Below, in pieces: positions 38,503-49,811 of a DNA stretch of 64,000 nucleotides; position 1 is the stretch's first letter, and the number at the start of each line of letters is the position of its first letter. The notes under the pieces were generated by a model. It saw only the letters and a list, made by a program, of their open reading frames with translations, was not told where the DNA came from and did no database searches. Origin of the DNA: Felis catus (taxonomy: Eukaryota); the NCBI RefSeq assembly GCF_018350175.1, contig NC_058368.1, forward strand, positions 3,410,001 through 3,474,000. Reading direction: 5' to 3'. The translations under genes were made by a program, and so were the position numbers.

Positions 38503-38990
38503 GTTATGGTTATTCTAATGCATTGAAATGTTCCCCCAGAAGATATTAAGTCATAAACCCCAGTATCTGTAAATATGACCTTATGTGGAAGTAAAGTGTC
38601 TTAGCTGTGACTGAACTATGAAGAGGCCATATTGGACTAGGGTGGGCCCCAATCCAATGACTTTATCTTTACAAGAGAAAGGAGAAGAGGCTTTGTACTC
38701 CAACAGAAGCATCAGGGGAAGGAGGCTGTGCAAAGACCTGCAGCACAAAGAATGAGGCAGCTGCGAGCTAGGGAACAGCAAGGATTGCTGGCGATTGTGG
38801 GGGGCTAGGGGAATCAAGGAAGCATTCTTCCCTGGACGTGTCACAAAGAAGGCCCTGATTTAGAGAATGGTCTGCAGACACCTTGATTTCAGACTTGTAG
38901 GCTCCAGAAGGGTGTGAGAATAAATTTCTGTTGTTTTAAGTCACCCGGTTCCTGGTGAAATGCCATAGCAGCCTTGGGAAATTAATACAG
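38503..38990 (+). mobile_element. MaLR solo LTR (MLT1-type)
   Basis: tgaccttatgtggaagtaaa..gggtgggccccaatccaatgac..gacaccttgatttcagac..aataaatttctgttgttttaag..gcagcc..aattaataca. Confidence 0.8.
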
Positions 38991-39149
38991 CTGCCAAGAG
39001 AAAACCAAAGGGTTCTGGTCTTTCCCCACCACCCACCCTCCCCATCCATATGCCTTTTATTTTTCTCTTTTTCTTGTCTTATTGCATTGAGTATGAATTC
39101 ATTTTTTATTTGGGGAAGAGATCTTTGATCGTTCTCCATTAAGGATGAT

Positions 39150-40500
39150 ATTTAGCTTTGACTTTAGGAAGCTACAAAAGAAAAAGCAAGTTAAGTTCAA
39201 AGTATGTAGGAGAAAGTAATTAATAACTGTAAGAGTGGAAATAATGTAGTCAGAAGATGTGCAGGATCAACATCAAGTTCTTTAAAAACTTAAGAGAGGT
39301 AATAACACTGATGAAATCCGTCATGAAGAAAAAAGAAAGCACAAATTAAGAATATCAGATATTTCACAACGTTAAAAGCAATATTGAGGTAATATTCAGG
39401 GAAACTTTAAGCCAATAAATTTGACCATATAGACGAAACTGAAAAATTAATTGAAAAAACTCATCAAGCTGACATAAGGAGCTATAAAATATCTACATAG
39501 TCCTTTATGTATCACATATATTGACTAGAAAATAAAAAATCTTTCCACAAATACTATAAATATGATTTAATTTATATATGGAATCTAAACAAAACAAAGC
39601 AAATTAACAGAAACCAAACCAACCCCTAAATGCAGAGAACTGATGTTGCCAGAGGGAAGGCTGGTGGGGGCATGGGAGAAATAGATACAAGGGATTAAGA
39701 GATACAGACTTTCAGTTAAAAATAAATAAGTCTTGGAGATTAAAAGTACAGCACAGGGAATGTAGCCAATAGTATTGAAATACCAATGTGTGTGGCCAAT
39801 GGTGGCGACACTTATTGCGATGAGCATTAAATAATGTACAGAATTATTGAATCTCTATGTTGTGCACCTGAGACTAATATAACATCTTGCTCTGTCCTGA
39901 CAGCACAGAGCCTTCTTGGGATTCTCTCTATCCCTCCCTCTCTCTCTGCCTCTCCCCTGCTTGCATTCTCTCTCTCAAAAATAAATAAACTTAAAAAAAA
40001 AGAAATAAAACTGTCTCCTTAAAGATATGATTGTGGACATACGAAAACCTCATGGAAAATATAAAAGAAAAAGAAAACAACAGACTACTAGGGGTGCCTG
40101 GGTGGCTCAGTTGGTGGGGCCTGCGACTCTTGATGTTGGAATGATAAATTCGAGCCTCACGTTAGGTGTGGAGATTACTTAAAAATCAAATCTTGAGACA
40201 AAAAGAACCTACTGGAACTAATAAGTGAATTTACTAAGGTCACAGGACTGAAGGGTCGATATACAAACATCAAATATTTTTCTATATAACAGTAAGGGAA
40301 AATGCAAATGTTAAGTTTTTTTAAAAAATATCATTTAAAATGCATTAAAAATCAAAACCTAACACCTAGAGACGAATCTCACAAAATGTGCAAAAGAAGA
40401 TACACAAACACCCTCTAAGCAAATGTAAACGCACCCAACTTTTTTAGCCATCAGGGAAATCGAAATCAAAGCCACAAAAGATGCCATTACATACCCTACA
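39150..40500 (+). mobile_element. Old L1 fragments with partial SINEs (39885-40005, 40091-40205)
   Basis: L1 ORF2 and 3'-end text; SINE CT tract and head. Confidence 0.7.
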
Positions 40501-40548
40501 GATGAAACTTCCGCACATTGGACTTTGATGTGTCTTTTCTGATCCCTC

Positions 40549-41045
40549 AATTATAGCAGAGCTTTCAACAATAGCCAAATTATGGAAGGAGCCTAAATGT
40601 CCATCAACTGACGAATGGATAAAGAAGATGTGGTTTATGTATACGATGGAATACTACTTGGCAATGAGAAAGAATGAACTCTGGCCATTTGCAGCAACAC
40701 GGATGGAACTGGAGGGTGTTATGCTAAGTGAAGTAAGTCAGGCAGAGAAAGACAGATACCATATGTTTTCACTCATATGTGGATCTTGAGAAATTTAACA
40801 AAAGATCGTGGGGGAAGGGAAGGGGGGAAAGTTACAAACAGAGAGGGAGGGAGGCAAACCCTAAGAGACTCTTAAATACAGAGAACAAACTGAGGGTGGA
40901 TGGGGGGTGGGGGAGAGGGGAAAGTGGGTGATGGGTGTTGAGGAGGGCACTTGTTGGGATGAGCACTGGGTGTTGTATGGAAGCCAATTTGACAATAAAT
41001 TATGTTAAATAAATAAGTAAATAAATAAATACATACATACATACA
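40549..41045 (+). mobile_element. 5'-truncated young felid L1 (3' end)
   Basis: Highly similar to the 3' end of the L1 at 57351-57830; ends aatttgacaataaatt plus A-rich/(ACAT)n tail. Confidence 0.92.
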
Positions 41046-41979
41046 TGTAAGGACATGAGGGAGGTTGCTTCCAGAGGGCCTCAATGCTGTAGCTCTCCCT
41101 TCCCCAAAGTGAACAGTGTTGGCAGGGAATAAATTGGTCCATTTGCTTTTGGATAGCACAACATTTACACAGAAATGCGTTCCAACCTTTGTTTCTACCC
41201 CGACTTAATGTTTCTTTCAGCTTTCCTGAGGGAATATTTTCCAAAATAAAAATGAAAATTACCTGCTTTCCTACAAAGACGTTAGCTCTCCTTTGAACTT
41301 CATTCCTTCAGTGCCCTTAAAACTTCATGATGATCACAGTAGGAAGACAGAAGTGGGGAAGATGAGCTGTAAGTAAACTATATGTATGAGAATTTGTCTC
41401 TTGTTTGACTGTGTCTAATATTGAAAGGACTTTAGCGAAGGTGGTACGTCGAGGGCAGGATGGGACCTTCACTGGAATGATGGCAAAACTAATGGAAACT
41501 TCAAGAAACAATATGCCTACCTTCACTGATGACTGTCCCTCACAGGCATCCTCTGGATTTTTATACATATACCTTTTAATTACGTGTTCCCTTATCAAAA
41601 AAAGATTATGAATGTATGAAGAAAATAAGCTGGACTTATTCTAAGGAACATTACATGACAAAACTTCCAGCATTCTGAAGATGTTTAACTGGTTTCCACT
41701 GGACAAGCTCCATGGAATAAAAGCGGTCTGAATTCGACATATCTAAAAACACTGTCCACGTTAATATTTCAAGAACTCATGTTATTCTCAGGGGATTCTT
41801 CGAATGTAAGAAGTAAATTACTAAATCGCATTTATATGCATGGGGTGATTTTATTCGTACCTGAGGGTGCTGGAAAATAGATATAAATATTTGTCAAGAA
41901 TGGTATGCATCTTTGATTTGCTTTCAGTAGGTGTATTCAAAGAAGTCAGCAGGCATGCCAGAGGTTACCAGCATTCGTC
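41046..41979 (-). pseudogene. Pseudogene B TOP and S1-S4 remnants
   Basis: 41861-41979 GRMLVTSG..Y*KQIKD|gtacga; 41600-41810 SS*N..FRY..GSFVM; 41263-41590 IKRYMYKNPEDA-VRTVISE-ILFLEVSISFAIIP-EGPILPS-KSFQY..LQLIF; 41046-41250 QKQMDQFI..SIEALW. Confidence 0.68.
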
Positions 41980-42153
41980 CTAAATATCAGCAAAAGGAAC
42001 CAAACAATGTGCATATTTTTATTAGATGGTTGGTTTAGCAAACTGGGAAATATTTTTAAAAGAGGAGTATCATAAAAGCATCACAGCCACTTTGGTGCAG
42101 ATGTAGCTGACTTATTATCTAAGGAACATAACTCAGTTTCCCCCCCTACTTAC

Positions 42154-42301
42154 AGAAATTCCATAGAAATTTATATTTGTGTGTGCACAGGCACTTTGAG
42201 TGTCTAACTTTGATATTATTTCACACAAAAAGAGCACTAGGTCTTTAAGGTTTTCAGAGTAAGCTAATGATATTTGTGTGTTGAAGTGTACCAGAAGATT
42301 C
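42154..42301 (-). pseudogene. Pseudogene B TM6/TOP-start exon
   Basis: Acceptor gttttcag, donor CT|gtaagt; open RNLLVHFNTQISLAYSENLKDLVLFLCEIISKLDTQSACAHTNINFYGIS versus family REILV...AY....WAN..L..LYG. Confidence 0.65.
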
Positions 42302-42829
42302 CTGAAAACTTCCAAAAGTTACTCAAGAATTTTGAGGGGATACACTTGATTCGTTCATTCATTCACTCAAATATTGGATGACCTCAATGCCTCCTCAAGG
42401 CCAGGGCAATGCGAGTTTTCCATCTTTCAATGAGTTAGAACAAAACCCGGACTCGTGATTTACCTCCAGTGAGTTGCATGGTGGAAAGAATTTGTAGAAA
42501 CCACATTATAGTAACTGTGTGGGGACTGGCAGAGAAAGGGCAAAAGAATGGAAAATATATTGAGCTTTCACTACCCTGCCTGTGTTTAAGGACTCATAGT
42601 GGAGAAAGAACCAATAGATGGCTGTCCTTGTGAAGGGCTCTTTTTTGTTTCAAGATTTTCTTGAGCTGGGATGACCTTCCCTGCCTCCTGGAGATCAGAG
42701 AGGCCTGAAACATCTCTCTCTCTGTCTCCAGAATGATCCAATACAGTTTATTTCATTATGGCTGGATATGTAACAACCTCATTCTTCCTTTCAGATGGAG
42801 AACTGCTCTAGGTTACAACATAAGTGAAA

Positions 42830-43061
42830 GCTCAAGTGAAATTCTTGGTTTACAAGCCTTTTACTGAGCAGAGTTTGAATGCAGAGAAAGGGGTAGATTG
42901 TGTCTGAATATAGGATTCTCATGTTTAGAGACAATAGCCAGGTAATCTCAGACTTCTCTCTGGGCTTTAGATCCTTCCTTCTTCCCTTCCTTCCTTCCTT
43001 CCTCTTTCTTTTTTCTTCCTTCTCTTCCCTTCTCTTCTTTCTTTTCCCTTTCCTTTCTTTT

Positions 43062-43116
<55 letters not shown>

Positions 43117-43611
43117 CTCCTTTTTCTTTCATCTTTCAGAGAGAGCTCAAGCCCACAGTTCTCTTCTTAGAAAACCCTGAACTGACAGGGAATAAGCCTT
43201 TTGATCAACACTTTTATATAAAAGTCCATATGGCACCCAGGACAAGGAATTCACTACAGTCTTGCTGAAGATTCATAAACTTTTCTCTTGGAAGAGCAGC
43301 AAGATTTATGTTTCCCTCGTTGTCAGTCGACAGAAATAATACAGTATGATTTGCTTCTCTCTTAGTTCCTATAGTCTTCCTCCCAAGGTGTGAACTTCGA
43401 AGCTTCCTGACATGAATAGGAGGATTGTTGGTAATTCACCTGCTACCCTTTCACTTAACCTACTCTCAATAGCCTTTAGTGGAGACAGAACAGACCAACT
43501 CTTGGGACCATCCATGAGCTTCTGTTCCAAACTATTGTTATGACAGAAAACTAAATCCAACTGTACTTGTTTACTGCAGTGAGCTTACCCCATTTGGAAA
43601 GAAGAAAGGAA
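42830..43611 (-). pseudogene. Pseudogene B TM3-TM5 remnants (microsatellite inside an exon)
   Basis: PFFF-KWGKL..LDLVF (from 43611); WTFI*KC*SKGLFPVSSGFS-NCGLELSLKD, then (GAAA)n, then PREKSEITWLLSLNMRILYSDTIYPFLCIQTLLSKRL; compare recalled PKD1L3 YSLELSKDQATSWMIS. Confidence 0.62.
42971..43130. repeat. (TTTC/TTCC)n microsatellite
   Basis: T/C tract. Confidence 0.9.
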
Positions 43612-44120
43612 CTGGTATGTTTTCAGAAATTGATTTTACAGGAAAAGTATTAAATATTTAAACTGTTATCATTCCTATGATCTTTCAGATAGAAATTTTC
43701 GCCTAAAAAAAAAAAACAGCAATCAGATACAGTGGCCATTTTACATGTTTTTAAATAAAATATTTAAAGGGTTATAAACAACATAAAGATTATAAAAGCT
43801 TAAAGAAATATACCTATATCTATGCATTGGGAATCCACCGGATGCAGCAAAATATGCTTTGTATTTCACAAAATAGATATTGTTAGAATTTAGATATCTC
43901 GGGTGCTGAGGCTTCAGATGTTTCCTTAGATGCCTTTTAGAAGCTGAAATCTAATTTTATGAAAACTTAATGAAAACCATAATGGTAATTTTAAAGTTCT
44001 AGATGTTAGAGTCATTAAACCAAGCAAGATAGGAATGTCAACAACACCATTTATCTTTCCTCTTCAGAGATCTTCTTCATCGTGAGTGACCTTATGCCAC
44101 ATGGTATGGTGAAGGCACAA

Positions 44121-44359
44121 CATTATTTATTTTTGATGGTTTTATTTTATTTTATTTTTTCTTTTTGAGAGACAGAGAGAGATAGAGCATGAGCGAGAGA
44201 GGGGCAGAGACAGAGAGAAGGAGACACGAAATCTGAAGCAGACTCCAGGCTCTGAGCTGTCAGCACAGAGCCCGACACGGGGCTCGAACTCACGGACTGC
44301 GAGATCACCCGAGCGGAACAAAGTCAGATGCTTAACCGACTGAGCCACCCGGGCACCCC
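44121..44359 (-). mobile_element. Can-SINE
   Basis: TSD TGGT(G/C)AAGGCACAA at 44107-44120 and 44361-44374. Confidence 0.92.
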
Positions 44360-44582
44360 GTGGTCAAGGCACAAGTTTCAACGGGTATTTATCCTATTAA
44401 TTTACAATTTAATACTCATAGCAAGAAAACAAGTGTTACACGTGGTCATATGCAACCAAGAAAATGAATTCATTTTGATTTTGCATATTTAATCCTAAAA
44501 TCATTACACAAATTTAAAATTTTTCATAATTAAATTACATTCATTTTTTTCTCTAGTGTATAGCTAAGTTTCTCTGTTTCTT

Positions 44583-44616
<34 letters not shown>

Positions 44617-44703
44617 TAGATAGACATAGATAGATGATAGATATAGATATAGATATAGATATAGATATAGATATAGATATAGATATATGTGTGTGTGTGT
44701 GTG
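44583..44703. repeat. (GATA)n-(GATATA)n-(GT)n compound microsatellite
   Basis: Direct reading. Confidence 0.92.
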
Positions 44704-45110
44704 CGTGTTCTTAGATGAACAAATGAAAATATGAATGGCCCATCTACTTCCACCTCAGTGTTTCAGAATGAGGATGTGCCTATTTGATGTCTGCCCTAAC
44801 CTTCGCCTGGACCACTGGGTATTGGAGAGCGTATCAATAGGTCATATGAAAAATCAGGAAAACTTGAAACTATTTGCCATTGCTCAATATTTTCTTCTTG
44901 CCACCCCATCTACACAGCCAGGGTAGAAATACCCAGGGCTTCCGCAGTTTTAATTACCGGGGTTGTCACTGAATGCTGCCCACCATGGGAAGACGGGATG
45001 TTCAGTTGGCTCTGCTCTGCCTTCTCTCAGGTCTCAGGGCTAGGTCCAGGCATCTCTACCAGGACACTGGCAAAGACTTGCAGTTCCATAGTTTCAGCCT
45101 GCTTGCCTAC

Positions 45111-45487
45111 CTCATTCTCCACAGTGTTGTTTCTCCGCCTGGAGTGGGTGTGGTGCCATATTGTCTGCTTGATCCCTTCCCTAGTAAAATCACAGATTGT
45201 TTCCATTGAGTACTGTCCTTCTAAAACATGACATTACATTATGAAACCACAACCACCTACAATGTAGTCTGTTTAGACGCGAGGAAACGCAAGGGGAGGG
45301 AGATTTCCCCAAGGGAGGGAGCATTTCTCCAGAAGGCTGCTCAAGGTTCTGTGTGCCCTCTATTTGTCTGTCTCGTAACTCAGGTGTTCTCATCCTCACG
45401 GAAGCCCTCAAAGAGGCCCTATCCCACCATGGTCTCAGAATCCTGCCCAGGTTTTCCCAGGTGGAAATTTCAAAAGAATCTTCTATC
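45111..45487 (-). pseudogene. Pseudogene B PLAT exons (~45250-45487 and 45111-45220)
   Basis: cctcttcag|DRRFF*NFHLGKPGQDSETMVG*GLFEG..PELRD..APSLGEISLPLRF; gttttag|..YSMETICDFTREGIKQTIWH..|gtaggc. Confidence 0.5.
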
Positions 45488-45539
45488 CTGAAGAGGCTAC
45501 TTGAGGAAGAGAATGAGTTTGCTCTCCACCCTTAGCCAA

Positions 45540-46052
45540 AGCACACAGGAACACACCAAGAGTTAATAACCTGGCTTTATCATTGTTTGCTATGAAGCAG
45601 AAGATACACTGGGGGGGGAGATGCTAGAGATTTCTTAGAGGATTTGGACTCGCCTTAGAAGACCTGGGGAGAGTTTAAGTAGCAAGTCTGCCTTAAATGG
45701 GATGTTGTTAATAATTGAAGGTAACTCTATGATGACACATCTCAAGTCTTGTGGGACTAGATTGAGGTTGAAGCTATAATTATTAAAGGACCAGCAGCCA
45801 CTCATATTGGTGAGGAGAGGACCTGTTTGGTCATTTCTGTGGATTGGTCAATATTTGCGTCTGTGTTCAGACATGACTAGAGTTTTCTTGCTTTTGTGTT
45901 GATCCTTCGTTGTCACATTATGGCTTTGTCTGATGTTGAAATGGTTTTTGTGTTCTACAAGAGAACTGGTTCTGAGGGCCAGGCTATTTTATGGCAACCC
46001 AAAGGTCTAAGATAATGCTAGTCAGCCAGCTACACTGCTTTTCTCTTCCTTA
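45540..46052 (-). mobile_element. Class I ERV 3' LTR (MER90-like)
   Basis: Resembles ancient eutherian ERV1 LTRs (cagcagccactcatatt..tgtttggtcatt..gtctgtgttcagacatga..gcttttctctt); abuts the env remnant. Family name is from memory. Confidence 0.65.
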
Positions 46053-48300
46053 GTCTTCTGGTTTGGCCAAAGGCAACAAAGTAGGCCATGAGACACTCTT
46101 CCATTCTCTTCAGGTTTTCACCACCCTGACACTACACTTGGTTCTCTTAGGAGATAATTTAGAGGACACAGTCTGTGGTCCAACTAGGGTTCATCTCTCC
46201 TATGTGAGGAGATTGGTCAGACCCTTTGATGTGACATTAGCTGCCCAGTCGTATTTAAGATTCTTCATAGGATATATCAGCCAACTAGAAAAGGCAGTTA
46301 TCAGAAAGAAAAAAAATTATTAGTCCTCAAAATGAATTTTGAAACCAGGAGCCTATATTAGAAAATCCACATAAGGGATCTAGTTGGGTCTGTTTTGGAA
46401 AACCGGGTGATGTTTTTGCTCAGTTTAGTCATGAACTTGTTTATCTTACAGTATGTAGGGGCAGCAAAATATGTTTGCTCTGGCATGCATTTCCCCACAG
46501 CTAATTAAGGGGAACTCAAAAACTCTGATTCTGTGTAACAATTCTGGCTGATAGTTGGTCTTTTGAACTTCTCCTAGTGTCTGAGATAAGTTCTATATGA
46601 ACCTTTCAGTTGTAGTAACCCTAAAATGAGAATCACAGTTGACATGGTACGCATAAGGACTTATCTCCATTGTCCCTTCTGAAAATTTTATAAATAAGCT
46701 TATGCGTACCTCATTTTGGGTGTTTGGGGGTAATTTTCTCCCACAGAGGCCCAATCAACTGGAGTTGGCATAGCGCTGAATAATTGCAAATCCCTAACAA
46801 ATATCCCGAACACACAGGATAAATGTCTGCCTGGCAGGCATGTAAAAATCTAATGTCCATATAGGAAAGAATAGTCTGGTAAGTGCACAGACCGTAGTGA
46901 GAATGTAAGAATTCTTTATCTCAACAGGAAGAGGTGAATTTTCATCTCTTTATGAGGACAAATTGTTTTGAATCAATTTGAAACAGACTGAGAGTGTCTC
47001 TGAAGGAAACAAATTAACCATTGTGGTCAGGATAGCTCCAATATTAGTGGGAGGAGGGGGTTGGCTAACTCTGGTTGATAGGTTGTAATGATCTCAGCAG
47101 AAATGTTTTGACGACGTGAGGCTGCTGTTCACTTTTTAGAAGACTTCAAGGTTGGTATTAATAATGAGAGGGAGACTGAGGACCTCAAAGGGTCACGGAA
47201 ACAGACAATCTATTCTCTAAAGTGTTTGAAAGAACAGCTATCAGGTGGGGGTGGCAGACCCAGCAAACAGCTATTCAGATCAGTACCTATGGGTTGGGGG
47301 AAATGTTCAGTAAAATTTTAATGGAAAAAGGAGACCTTAAAGAATAAAAATAATAGACTGAAGATCAGAAGCATCCTATTAGTGTTTTAAAAGGTGCTCA
47401 AACTCTAAGAACAGGTCGAATCAGTAGTATGGCAAAGAGGCAGAAAAATGTGTGGATGGGTTAGAAATTAATCATGTTCCATTGTCTTGGATAGAAAGTG
47501 TCTGCTTCTGTAGCCTGTGGTTTCCGGACGATTCCAAAGAATCCTTAGTTTGGGTCTTTCAAAGGATTGGACGTGTAGTGGTAAGGAGAAGCACTGTAGG
47601 TCATTTAAGTGAATCCAAGGATCGACACCTTTCACTTGACTTAATACGTCAGCAGTTCACAGCACTTCTTCCATTGGAGCTCACCGGCAGCCTTCTCTGA
47701 TGCTTTTACAGACTTGCCAAAATCACGCCATGAGTAGGTGGGGTGTGCTCTGGGAACATCATCAATAATACTTCTTACAAGCAGCTCGCCAACGTCAGGC
47801 CAATCCATCTCTGCATCTCTGCTCTCATAGATAATATTGTGCAATGTCTTTGCTTTATTCCATTTCATTATTGCTATCTTATTAGGTAATCATAAAGCAT
47901 TCCAAGGTTTTAAATTTTTCAATTGTTTTATAGGAGTTCTTGGAGAGGTCAGGGCATCTCATTTTCTAAAACGTGTCAAAATAATTGACACATCTAAAAT
48001 CTTATACCTATTATCAATGTACGTGTTTGCATTTTATCTTTTGTCGGGGCAAGTAGCCATCTAACTTGGTTTAATTTCTGGGAGAAACTTTTATTTTAGG
48101 GGTAAATTTTTATTTTAGAGGAAGTAACCAACAATGTTGAAGAATATTCCGTCTTAGTTGCAGTTATCTTAGGATTTCTAGAGCTGATATTTTGTTACAG
48201 GAGAAAGATTTTCAAACAAGAGTTTGGGGAGGCGTCTTGGTTTGTTGTAGATCTATGAGTTGTAGAGTGTTGGGTGACTCAACGTCTCATAAGCAGTGTG
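46053..48300 (-). mobile_element. Degraded class I ERV internal region (pol RNase H and integrase, env TM)
   Basis: RNase H ANTYIDNRY..TSPRTPIK..NAL*LPNKIAIMK (~48050-47865); integrase C-terminus LQWKK..LLT..VKGVDPWIH (~47690-47600); env SARIVTQN-VFEFPLISCGEMHARANIFCCPYI (~46560-46455) and GSWFQN. Confidence 0.8.
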
Positions 48301-48649
48301 TAAATTGTTGCATTTCAAAAGAAGTTGACGAGAAACATTCAAATTTTCCCTGCCTGTTTTTAAAACATCATTATGTGCCATTGTGATTTATGGCTTCACT
48401 TGTCATACTGACACCTGCAATGGATAAGATCATTAAAAACTTTTTTGGGGGGGTATTTATCAGAGCCATGGAAAAAATACATTTCTATTAGTTTTAGTTG
48501 GAAAAGTTGGAAAAGCATGTTATAACTCATTCCAGGTAATATCTTTCTTTTTTGTATAGCTATTACTCAGACCTATCTAAAGAAATAGTTGAGCGAGCAT
48601 TATTTCAAAATCAAAATAGCCTTTTTAAAATTTGAAATGCATTATGCAC

Positions 48650-49011
48650 CCGAGGTGCTGACAGCAAGGTCCATGCCAAGCATTTGATCCACGAATACCC
48701 ATTTTCCAAGTACTCCAGATCCATAGACCTGCAATCTCTTCCATTTCTGCTGTGGCCAATTTTTAAATAAGGGATCGGGAAACGGTTTAGTGATCATAAA
48801 TCACACTGATGGCTGGGAAATAAAAAGGGTTCCTTTGCTTCTTCAGATGTGGTTCCACACATTTTTACACATCTTCAAGCTAAATCAGAAATCCAGAGGC
48901 AAAACTATGGTGCTTGCACATATCATGGCCATTTTTGACCTTCGATGGAAGAATATAGGACCAGAAGACCTGACGGGCTTATCCTCTGGCATCCCAAAGT
49001 GAAGGTCAATA
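48650..49011 (-). pseudogene. Pseudogene B GPS and TM1 remnant
   Basis: Strong acceptor tttttttttcccattgtcttttacag; LTFTLGC...EGQKW-HDMCK...KNVWNHI*..GTLFISQ...DPLFKN...VLGKWG (GPS pattern C..W...W...GC...CNHL). Confidence 0.58.
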
Positions 49012-49204
49012 CTGTAAAAGACAATGGGAAAAAAAAATCAGCTTAAAGGTGAATGTGGTTTCCAGTGCTGTGTACACGTTACACTAAGTGATTAGTTCAA
49101 CCAAAACTTAGCGTTCGCTGTACTTGGTCATATTATGGCAACATTTGTGACATTCACTAAATGGACTTAGTAATAGTTTCATTTTTTTATTAACCTGCAC
49201 TTAC

Positions 49205-49572
49205 CTTTGAAAACCTTCGTGGCTGATGTGAGACAAGAGCGAGGAGGGTTATTGTGTAGGACGACTTTGACTATCACTAACGGAATCACTGCTATCTATT
49301 GACTCAATGGAATCTTTTTCTGCATGGGGGCCATTGTATACACTTACACAGATGTTGACTACAGCACAGTATTAATAAACTCTTGTCATATACCGTATTT
49401 AATGTAACTGGCAATAAGGCAGCAGAGGAAAGGGTCTATATCTGCGGGCAGCCTGACCTAGAACGCAGCAAGGCAATCGTAAGCTTACTCTTGTATGGAA
49501 AAGCAAAGGACTGTCCACAGGTGCTTTGAAGTGACAAAAAATATATGCCAGTTGTGGGCACCTTCCAACGTT
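49205..49572 (-). pseudogene. Pseudogene B GAIN exons 49489-49572 and 49205-49319
   Basis: atttttcag|ERWKVPTTGIYFLSLQSTCGQSFAFPYK|gtaagc; cccccatgcag|...VIVKVVLHNNPP...KVFK|gtaagt. Confidence 0.55.
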
Positions 49573-49811
49573 CTGAAAAATCACTGATTTCTGCCAAACA
49601 CTGTGGCCTGAGATCGAGCATCCGAGCGTGGATGATCACTCATTATCCCACCGTGAGAGAGAGAGAAAGGGAGCGAGAGAAACCATTGGCTCGGTTGTGA
49701 TCATGTGACATTTGGTGTTACATACTACTTGGATTGCAAGACATCACTCATTTACCAAGTTAAAATTTATTAAAAATGTTTTCTTGTTGTGGGGAAACAG
49801 GTTCCACTTAC

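Noticed and set aside
47641..47868. 75-aa ORF as a host exon
   Set aside because: Lies between ERV RNase H and integrase C-terminal motifs, so it is part of degraded pol.
48930..49011. FDLRW / IDLHFG resembling the DUF4062 DLRW motif
   Set aside because: No supporting context; better explained as the GPS exon of pseudogene B in another frame.
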